A DNA stretch of 63,305 nt, filler included. It is 9 parts of 9 records of this genome, joined end to end, with 100 filler letters (N's around TTAATTAATTAA, not from the genome) between each part and the next. Parts side by side here need not be neighbours in the genome. Positions count along the whole stretch, not along the records: positions 11,786 to 20,089 come from SRR7504441_9213; positions 20,190 to 25,593 come from SRR7504441_9214; 7 more parts are not named here. The stretch is one strand, 5' to 3'. The position numbers were made by a program, and so were the translations under genes. The notes under the pieces were generated by a model that did not search any database, was not told the DNA's origin, and saw only the letters and a list, made by a program, of their open reading frames with translations. Positions 11,686-20,304 of the stretch are shown here, one piece after another. Each line of letters starts with the position of its first letter. Positions within the stretch are counted from its first letter, which is position 1.

Positions 11686-11785
11686 NNNNNNNNNNNNNNN
11701 NNNNNNNNNNNNNNNNNNNNNNNNNNNNNTTAATTAATTAANNNNNNNNNNNNNNNNNNNNNNNNNNNNNNNNNNNNNNNNNNNN
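11686..11785. other. Artificial contig spacer
   Basis: N + TTAATTAATTAA + N, 100 bp. Confidence 0.97.
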
Positions 11786-12751
11786 GGAGGAGGAGGAGGA
11801 GGAACCGAACGTGCTGAGGACGATCCCGGTCCCGTTCATTGAGCTCCAAGTGTCCATCTCTAAACAGCCGCCGACCACGTGGACGGTCGGCCTCGATGAC
11901 GAGGTGACCAGCCTGCAGGCCTCATTCTCATTTCCCCTCAGGTCGGCTTCCTGCTCCACAAGCTAGCGCCGACCCAACTGAACGATCCCGACAACTTGGC
12001 CTTCCGGTACCTGAACGCGGTGCGAGACGAGTACATCAAAGGAACTGGCGGGTACCATCTGCCGAATGCGGTGCAGAACTTCATGGACAGCCTGAACGCG
12101 AATGGTGACCTCGATGAGCGGCAGATGCGGGCACTGCAGAAAGTCCAGAGCAGGGTGAGGGCGGCTTCCGGAGCTGCCGCCCCGGGTGCACCCATCCTAC
12201 AAAATCGCAAGCTGGACCCCAGCTTGCAATCGGAGGCTGGACCCCTTGTGCCCGATGGCAAGGGACTGCTTGTTCCTCCCAAACCCCCAATCGCTGTCAC
12301 CGGCAGCCCCGAGGCAGCGTACGCGGAAGCGCTGCTCCAGATCACGTCTGACTACGACCATTACTTTCCAGGCGCTGCCATCCCAGATCACATCATATCG
12401 GCGCAGACCGTCTCGTTTGCGGGCAATGCACTTGCGAGCAACGTGACCTGGCGGAGCACTGGGGTAGCCCCGATGGCCAAGATTGAGGTGGACGCATCCA
12501 AGATGAAGGATGCCTACGCCGCTTGGCTCCAAGAGAAGAAGGCTCAAGAGCATCAACAGCGGGTGAAAAGTTATCTGCAAGCCCGGGAAAGCAAGGCTCG
12601 CTCGGTCTATAATGCGCAGAAACAGGGGATGCCCGCGGGCTTTCGGATGCCCCCTTACCGCGGCCCAGACATGTACTTCGGCGGTAACGTAATGGGAAAT
12701 TTCTCAAGCCCGAATCCGTCCGAGGCAGACCTCAGAGCTGCAGGCTATTGA
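11786..12751 (+). CDS. Hypothetical protein, 5' truncated
   Basis: An open frame from the contig edge joins the 251-aa ORF through the GT-AG intron 11904-11941. No domain recognised. Confidence 0.6.
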
Positions 12752-13015
12752 GCAGTGGCTTCGTAGTCAGTGATTGTAACAATTGAGTTTCAATTCCCTC
12801 GCCGGCAAAGACTTAAGTACTAGTACTTATAGTGCGTACGAGGGATCATTGTACCGCGTTTCAATCATTATAGATGATTATGAGGCTACATTGAGGTTGT
12901 ATACGCATTGCGTACCAGTAATTGTACAATCATGCAGATATTCCTCGCATTGTACTCGCGCAAGCCATCCCTTTCAAGATCGTAATCATGCCTGAACCGA
13001 TGTCCGGATGGCGAA

Positions 13016-15108
13016 CTAGACAATCTCGGAGTGCGAGTCCTCGTAAGGCAGCTGGGTAGCGCCTGTGCTGGCCACCTCCGACTTGATCACGGGCAGCTCC
13101 GTATCGGCCGGGTCGTCCTTGGCCTCAAGCGCCGCATTCACCTGAGCCATCTGCGCCGCCTGCACGTCGGCCGCCATCTCGCGCGAGTGCAAGAACACAG
13201 TCAGTTTATTGCCAAGCGTCTCGAGGAAGTTTGAGCTGAACTGCGGCCCGATCAGCACGGCCGAGTATATCGCCATCAGCATCGTCTGCTCGGCCGCCTC
13301 GTCGCCCCAGTCGGCCAGGTCAGTGCAAGAGAGCATCTGTTGCTCCGTGCTCACGCCAGCAAACTGCTCACCGTACCGGCTGCCCACTCAGTGAGATCCC
13401 CGGCCGACGTGCAGCCAGCGCACCGGGCCTCGTCGGATGTCTCCAGGTGGAAGCAATAGAACCGGTCCGGTAGCATCTCGTCGAGCTGCTCCAGTGAGCT
13501 CGTGCTGAACACAACCCCGAGCTCGGCTAGGAAGTCACGCAGCGGCTGCAGCTTGGACAGCCCTGCCAGAGCTCATCCAGCACCAGCCGGTCAGCCGGAC
13601 CGTTGGAGTTGGCCACAAGCACCAGCTCGGCGTGGCTTCGCATCAGCTGCCGCCACAATGATTGGCCAGGCACCGGAGCGGCCCACACCTCGTCTCTGGC
13701 GAGCAGCACTGGGAGCAGCCCCGCCGAGTGGCTGAACCTGGCGTCCGAGAGCCGGAAGAGCGAGGGGGTGGCGGACATGGTCAGCGCCGCGAATATCCAC
13801 CTGAGGACCGGTGAGCCGAGCCAAGCAGGCCGGCCACCAGAAGGTAAAGTACGGGTACTTGTCGTGCAGGAATGGCGCAACGAACGAATAAGAGCCCCAG
13901 AGCAGCACAAGCACCGCGATGATCGCCGGGGCCGGCACGAACAGCATCCGGCCCATCTCAGTCCCGTCAGCTGAGATATAATGAATCCCAGAGGTGATAG
14001 CTCCGGACGGCATGAACAGCCGCCCGTGCAGCGAATATCTCTTCTCCCTCCCGCAGGTGACCCGCATCGACTCGTACGCGCGCGTGAGCCCATACACCGG
14101 CGCCAGCTTGCGCGAGCGCCACCAGCCGGACACGTAGTCATCTGAGCTCATCACAATCGCGTCCACTGCCTTGACCAACTCCTCTACCGAGGTCGTCACC
14201 AGGAAACCCTCAGCCTTGAACGCAGCGATCGCCAGCCGGCCGGCGTCGGAGGCTGCCCACTGGTCGTGCCTCTTGTCAAAGTGGATGACGGTCGAGCCGC
14301 GCGAGTCGCACTCAAGCGCAGCAGCCAGAGTGAACCGGAACTGGTGAGAAGTCACAAAGTGCTCCGTCACACACATCACACGGAAGGCCGCCTGGCGTGC
14401 AGCCTCGTAGTGCGCACGCTCGGCCGAGCAGGCGTTCTCGAGCCGGTAGGCATCCATCCAAATGTGGAAGCCCTGGGCTGAGAGAAGACTGGCGAGCGTT
14501 CCTGCCAGCCTGGACTGCTCCTCTCCAAGGTAAGCAAACATGAAGTGGTGGCCCTGCACCTTGCTCATCGCCGAGAGCGCCCCGATCCGGCCGATCCGAG
14601 TGGCCCGGCCGAGCGCCACGAACGAGGCGACTGCGAGCAGCATGTAGGACCCGATCGCGTGGATCATCTCCCCGAAAAAGACCTGCTCGTACGTCGCGCT
14701 GAGCGGCGCCCTGGTCCCGCGGGTGTACTGGAGCAGCAGGTAGCAGAAGAGCACCGCGATGTACAGCCCGTACACGGTAATGATCCGAGCGAGCGCCTGC
14801 ACGAAGTGGTAGTAGTAGTAGTCCACCCGGGAGGCCAGGATGTCCCGGTTGCCCACGATCTTGACCACCGTGTCCCCGAGCGGGGTGGCCGGCCGGAGGG
14901 TGAGAAAGATTCCGAACCCGAGGAACGGCTCGGGTGAGGTGTCCAGGTTCTGCCTGGACCGCGAGGCGGCCCCCCAGTCCAGGTCGGCCGGCCAGCTGGC
15001 GATCGAGGTCCGGGCCAGCTCGAGCTGCTCGCCGTAGAGCTCGTCCATGCTCACCTCGGCGCTGTGCAGCTCCACGTGCGCCATCTGGTCGTCGCCCGAG
15101 CTCATCAT
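13016..15108 (-). CDS. Multi-pass membrane protein with a central TIR-like domain (about 643 aa)
   Basis: ATG 15108. Introns 13801-13837, 13647-13688, 13563-13600 and 13380-13423 give a continuous 644-codon frame. TIR-like pattern FMFAY...LAGTLASLLSAQGFHIWMD...AARQAAFRVMCVTEHFVTS is flanked by hydrophobic helices. Confidence 0.65.
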
Positions 15109-15247
15109 GATTGGCGCGTACGACGACGTGCCTGCCCGGGAGCGAGAGTCGGACTTGGACGCCCACGATTGTCTCTCAGTCTGGGCCACAACGGAATTGC
15201 GGCGGTCCAGTCACAAAAGCGCACGGGGCCTCGGTTCGTGTACTAAC

Positions 15248-17065
15248 ATGGTGAATCCACTCAGTCCAGACGAGACGGAGGAGGCCCAGGCGATCTGGGC
15301 GGACGACAGGTTCGCTCAGGAGGGAGCGGACATCACCCGGGACATCCACCTCTCCCGGTTCCGCTCGTCGGCCAGCGAGCTCAGCACGCTCACCAACAGG
15401 AGCCGCAGCCACTCCTACTCCTGGGGCGACGGGCCCTCGCACTCCAAGGGGCTTATCCACAGCGCCGAGATCGCCCAGCCGGGCGGGTTCCGTCGTTCGT
15501 TCGTGGAGAACAAGTACCAGATCAAATACGACTTTGAGCCCTTCCTCTCCACCTGCCTATTCGACGTGGCGCTCCCTCCGATCCAGGAGGACTCCGACGA
15601 AGGCCCGGCCGCCCAGTGGGAGAGCGGGCGGCGGGGGACGATCATCGGGATCGGCGGCGGGGTTGGCCCGGCGGCCGGGGTGGCGCTCCACTCCAAGATT
15701 CTCGAGAACACTGTGACCGACGGAACCGACCAGACCCACTTCGAGGTCTACCACCTCTCTCGGTCCAACGACCTGCCCGACCGGACCCGGTTCGTGCTCG
15801 GGCTGTCCCAGCGCAACCCGGCCGACGGTCTTGCGCGGACCATGCTCGCACTCAACGCGGCAGCATCCAGCTTTGGGCAGAAGGCGGTGGCGGGAGTGCC
15901 GTGCAACACCTTCCACGCGCCCGAGATCTGGAGCAGCTTCGTGGACCAGGTGCGGGCGCGGTGCGGCTCTCGAGTGACGCTGGTGCACATGCTGGAAGAG
16001 ACCATGACGCATATCAGGGAGCTGCTCCCGCCGGACGCGACTCGGATCGGCGTGTTGAGCACCACCGGCACGCGCCAGTCAAAGGTCTGGGAGAATCTAC
16101 TGGTGAGCAACGGGTATGAGTGCCTGATGGTGCCGGAGGACTCGCAGGCCAGTGTGCACCACGCGATTTACAACACGGAGTGGGGAATCAAGGCCGTGTT
16201 CCCAATCTCCGAGACAGCACGCACCAGGTTTTTAGGGTTCGGGCAACACTTGGCCGCCCAGGGTGCCCAGGCGATCATCCTGGGCTGCACAGAGATTCCG
16301 CTGGCCCTCCCGGAGGATCTGCTCCCGGGGAGCTCTATCGTGCTAATAGATCCAGTGCTTGCACTCTCCCGGGCCCTGATCCGCGAGGCCGACCCGGCCA
16401 AGCTAAAGCCTCTCTCACCCACTAAGATCAGGCCGGCCGTCGAGGTGCCGCTCAGCCCGCCTCTGGAGCCGCTCCCGGTGGAGCACTGCGACGAAGAGGA
16501 GTGGCTGGACGAGATGACGCTGGACAGCGAGGTCTCGTGGGGGCAGCACATGGCAAGTAGGGAGGGCGTGGGAGGGCAAGTGCACAGGCTGCTAACCCAA
16601 CAGCAGACAGAGATCAAGCAGCTGCGCAGCCGGCTATCGGAGCTCACTGACGAGGGCCTGCAGCCTGGTGGGCCGAAGAAGGGCAAACCGAGGGGAGGTT
16701 TGAGTGGAAGAGTCCGATCGTTTGATGAGTTGGCCTTCACACACATGCAGAGGATGGACAGCGAGGCCTCTGGCGACTGCCCAGAAGAGCAATCGACCCG
16801 CCGGCTCCGGGCCGATTTCGAGGATCAGCCAGTGGACGTGTTTTTGGACCGGCGCTCCGAGGTGGCTCAGGACATTTCGAGCGCAATCGAAGGGACCTTG
16901 CAAGCTTCGGATTGGGGCGAACCGGAGCCGGCAGGCAAGGTGGCTCAGTCCAAAGCAGGGGAAGGCTCGTTGGCCTGGAGGCTAGTTGTGCTGTTGGGGC
17001 TGATCAATTTATTACTAATTTTTGCTTGGTCGAGCTCAAGCTCATCACAATCGATGGCCAACTGA
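15248..17065 (+). CDS. Aspartate/glutamate racemase-family protein with N-terminal extension and C-terminal TM anchor, intronless
   Basis: IIGIGGGVGPAAG, PDRT, catalytic pair VPCNTFH (Cys codon 15902) and ILGCTEIPL (Cys codon 16286), IGVLSTTGT. C-terminal coiled coil and hydrophobic LVVLLGLINLLLIFAW. Confidence 0.88.
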   Translation: MVNPLSPDETEEAQAIWADDRFAQEGADITRDIHLSRFRSSASELSTLTNRSRSHSYSWGDGPSHSKGLIHSAEIAQPGGFRRSFVENKYQIKYDFEPFLSTCLFDVALPPIQEDSDEGPAAQWESGRRGTIIGIGGGVGPAAGVALHSKILENTVTDGTDQTHFEVYHLSRSNDLPDRTRFVLGLSQRNPADGLARTMLALNAAASSFGQKAVAGVPCNTFHAPEIWSSFVDQVRARCGSRVTLVHMLEETMTHIRELLPPDATRIGVLSTTGTRQSKVWENLLVSNGYECLMVPEDSQASVHHAIYNTEWGIKAVFPISETARTRFLGFGQHLAAQGAQAIILGCTEIPLALPEDLLPGSSIVLIDPVLALSRALIREADPAKLKPLSPTKIRPAVEVPLSPPLEPLPVEHCDEEEWLDEMTLDSEVSWGQHMASREGVGGQVHRLLTQQQTEIKQLRSRLSELTDEGLQPGGPKKGKPRGGLSGRVRSFDELAFTHMQRMDSEASGDCPEEQSTRRLRADFEDQPVDVFLDRRSEVAQDISSAIEGTLQASDWGEPEPAGKVAQSKAGEGSLAWRLVVLLGLINLLLIFAWSSSSSSQSMAN

Positions 17066-17373
17066 ATTCAGAGCTCCACGCAACTTGGTGATCATGAGCA
17101 CTGCGCGTATAGAACACCTGTGTTCAATTAAGAATTAAATTAAATGGCCACATGTATGAGTCGATCTCATTACTATAGTACGTACATGACTCCTACGTAA
17201 GTACTCGCAGATTCATTCTCGTGTCGTTGACTTATCCACGAACACATAGCAAACGCTTGTCGTATACGCCGTCGACGTCCCTCAGCGCATCGCGAATGTT
17301 CGTTTACAACGGATTCAGTCAGGTGAGCGGTTGACGACATGGCGCATAGCTGCGTGATCTGGTCCCGTGCGTG

Positions 17374-18027
17374 ATGGGCGGCTCGTGCGGGAAGAAAACG
17401 CAGGCGTTGGAGGGCGACCTGGCCCGGATCAGGGAATCCCGCCGCCGGATCAGCCGCGAGGTGCGCGAGCAGCGGCGGGCGGCGTACAGGGAGCAGCACA
17501 AGGAGCGCCAGGCCGCGGCCTCTGCTGATGTTAACCAGCTGGCCCGCGTGGGGGACCAGGCCGGGCTGGAGGCGGTGGCTGAGTTCGCCAGTCGCCGGCT
17601 GACGGAGCTGGGCGACGACGGGCTAGCGCCGCTCGGGCGTGCGGCTGAGGCGGGCGATCAGGAGGCGGTGCGGGCGCTGCTGGCGGTGAAGACCGACCCC
17701 AACAAGGGCGGGCACGCGTACGACTCGACCCCGCTGCACAAGGCAGCCTCGGCCGGGCAGGAGGAGATAGTGGAGGCGCTGGTTGGAGCCAAAGCTGAGG
17801 TGAACGCCCAGGATGCGTTTGGGAGGACGGCGCTCTTCTGGGCGGCGGGCGACGGGCACGAGAATGCCTGCAGAGCTCTGATGCGCGGGCGGGCCGACGT
17901 AAGTATAGCGGATCAGGCAGGCGTGAGGCCGTTGGAAGTGGCAAGCGCGCGGGGGCATCGGGGGGTAACTGAGTTGCTAAGCATCGCAGAAGAGTTCACA
18001 TGCAGCCAGAGTGTTTTCACTTACTAA
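17374..18027 (+). CDS. Small ankyrin repeat protein
   Basis: STPLHKAASAG, GRTALFWAAGDGH, PLEVASARGH. The N-terminus MGGSCGK may be acylated. Confidence 0.85.
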   Translation: MGGSCGKKTQALEGDLARIRESRRRISREVREQRRAAYREQHKERQAAASADVNQLARVGDQAGLEAVAEFASRRLTELGDDGLAPLGRAAEAGDQEAVRALLAVKTDPNKGGHAYDSTPLHKAASAGQEEIVEALVGAKAEVNAQDAFGRTALFWAAGDGHENACRALMRGRADVSIADQAGVRPLEVASARGHRGVTELLSIAEEFTCSQSVFTY

Positions 18028-18233
18028 GCTCAATTCCACAGTAACATTAGATGATTTCATTGATAATTTCATGTACGTACTAAGTGTGGAGAAATATTAA
18101 ACCTTAAGGAGCTATACATCCAGACCTGAATCGAGCACATATAGGCCTGTCGTACTTTGCACTTTCATTCGTATTCGGAGGGATCATTGTCATCACCTCG
18201 CGACCGATCGTTATTGTGCGCCATTACACCAAC

Positions 18234-19991
18234 TCAAGTGATCACTGTCGGCCGCTTCATCCCCGTCACCTCCTCGATCTTGGCCAGCTTGACCGCCACG
18301 GCCGCTAGCCCAGCGCACATGGCGGTCGGAGTGGACTCGCCGTCGTCCGACTCGACCTCAAGGTAAAGCCGGATAGTAACGCCGCTCGAGCCAGTGCCAG
18401 ACTTGCGGAAGATTGCCCGGGCGGCAGAGATCCCCGGCCCGGTGAACTGGAGGATCCAGCCCTGGTTGCTTGCGGTGCTGTCGTCCACAGGGTCAGTGTA
18501 GGAGAAGACGCTGTAACCATCTGGTTTAGGCTGGATCTCGCCATCGAGCTTAGTGCTGTTGAAGCTTGCCCCAAACTGCTCGATCGCGGCAAACACCCCG
18601 TCGGCCTCCGGAATGCCCTCATAGTCGTACCGCTGGTAGTAGACCCGACCGCCGTGCTCTGACCAGAATTGATTCATCAGCTGCTCCACACTCATCAGCC
18701 CGCCCACGGGTGTCTCCTTGTTGGCGTGCGCCAGGATTGAGAGCCAAGCCAGCACCGCCCAGAGCCCGTCCTTCTCCCGGATGTGGTTGGAGCCTGTCCC
18801 GAAGCTTTCTTCGCCGCAGATCGAGATCTTGCCAGAGTCCATCAAGTTTCCAAAGAACTTCCAGCCGGTCGGCGTCTCAAACAGATTTACCCCGGGGGCC
18901 CACCCGCGCTTGGCGGCCACCCGGTCGAGCGCCTTGGAGGTGGGCATGCTCCGGGCTACCCCGACCACGCCATCCTTAAAGTACGGGATGGCCTGCTCAG
19001 CGTGAGCTGCGATCGCCGCGACCGAATCCGACGGTGTCACAAAAAACCCTTTGCCCAGGATCATATTCCGGTCAGCGTCCCCGTCGGCTGCGGCCGCAAA
19101 GTCGGGCGCCGACTCCCACCCGTCCACCCGGCCGCCGGCGCTGTCCAGGCCCATCAGCCGAACTAGCTCGGCCGCATAGGTCAGATTTGGGTCAGGATGC
19201 CCGCCCCCAAAGTCCGGTTTGGGCTCACAGTTCATCAGACACTCCTCGCCCGCCCCGAGCTCGGTGCAGAACAGCTCCCTGGCGTACGGGCCGGCCACTC
19301 CGTGCATCCCGTCGAACTTGAACTTGAAGTCTTCACGCGCGAGCAGCGCCCGAACCGCCTCGAAATCAAAGATCGTGCGGAGCAGTCGGACATACTCATC
19401 GGTGGGCGAGATCACCTCCACGGTGAACCCGTCCAGCTCGATCTTGCCCGGGCTGGCCAGCTGGGCCGGCTCCAGCGCCAGGCTCCGGTCGATCCGGAAC
19501 TGGGAGAGCGCCTTGGAGGCCTCGAAGATGGCGTCGGTCAGCTTCTCCGGGGCCGGCCCGCCGTTCTCGGCATTGTACTTGATCCCAAAGTCGCCGTCTG
19601 GGCCGCCCGGGTTGTGCGAGGCCGTGAGCAGGATCCCGCCCAGCGCCTTGCGCGCCCGGATCACCGCCGAGAGCGCCGGGGTCGAGAGCAGCCCGCCGGC
19701 CCCGACGAGCACGGCCCCCACCCCGTTGGCCTTGGCCATCTGGACGATCACCTGGACGGCGTGCTGGTTGTAGTAACGGCCGTCCCCGCCGACCACAAGG
19801 GTGCACCCGGGCAGCTTGTCGCCCAGGGTGTTGAAGATGGCCTGCACAAAGTTCTCCAGGTAGTGCTCGCTCTGTTCGAAGACCGACACCTTCTTGCGCA
19901 GCCCGGAGGTCCCGGGCTTCTGGTCCCCGAACGCCGTGGTCGGAACCAGTTCCGCCGTGTCCACCGACTCGCCGCTATCACAAATCCCCAT
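18234..19991 (-). CDS. PGM: Phosphoglucomutase, intronless
   Basis: DQKPGTSGLRKK, catalytic TASHNPGG, metal loop DGDADRN, CGEESFG, RKSGTG. Start at 19991 (MGICDS) or at an upstream ATG at 20048. Confidence 0.96.
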   Translation of the reverse strand: MGICDSGESVDTAELVPTTAFGDQKPGTSGLRKKVSVFEQSEHYLENFVQAIFNTLGDKLPGCTLVVGGDGRYYNQHAVQVIVQMAKANGVGAVLVGAGGLLSTPALSAVIRARKALGGILLTASHNPGGPDGDFGIKYNAENGGPAPEKLTDAIFEASKALSQFRIDRSLALEPAQLASPGKIELDGFTVEVISPTDEYVRLLRTIFDFEAVRALLAREDFKFKFDGMHGVAGPYARELFCTELGAGEECLMNCEPKPDFGGGHPDPNLTYAAELVRLMGLDSAGGRVDGWESAPDFAAAADGDADRNMILGKGFFVTPSDSVAAIAAHAEQAIPYFKDGVVGVARSMPTSKALDRVAAKRGWAPGVNLFETPTGWKFFGNLMDSGKISICGEESFGTGSNHIREKDGLWAVLAWLSILAHANKETPVGGLMSVEQLMNQFWSEHGGRVYYQRYDYEGIPEADGVFAAIEQFGASFNSTKLDGEIQPKPDGYSVFSYTDPVDDSTASNQGWILQFTGPGISAARAIFRKSGTGSSGVTIRLYLEVESDDGESTPTAMCAGLAAVAVKLAKIEEVTGMKRPTVIT

Positions 19992-20089
19992 TGTGTCTCC
20001 GTGCGCGTGTCGATTGAGTGCAGATCCGTTAGTTTTCACAAGTCGCATGGAGCTCCGGTGCCGGGTTACACATGAATACAAATAGTATT

Positions 20090-20189
20090 NNNNNNNNNNN
20101 NNNNNNNNNNNNNNNNNNNNNNNNNNNNNNNNNTTAATTAATTAANNNNNNNNNNNNNNNNNNNNNNNNNNNNNNNNNNNNNNNNNNNN
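20090..20189. other. Artificial contig spacer
   Basis: N + TTAATTAATTAA + N, 100 bp. Confidence 0.97.
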
Positions 20190-20304
20190 GTCTACAAGAT
20201 CTTCTCCCTCCGAGCAGAAGGAAAGGTGCGCGCGGTCGAGAGCCTCGTGACACTGGTCGAGCACCTGCTTTTTCAGCCGTGGACGAGGCGGCTCGACAGC
20301 AACT

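Noticed and set aside
15047-15189. Apparent coding overlap of the TIR-like and racemase ORFs
   Set aside because: It comes from the ORF caller's longest-start choice. The plausible ATGs are 15108 (-) and 15248 (+), which do not overlap.
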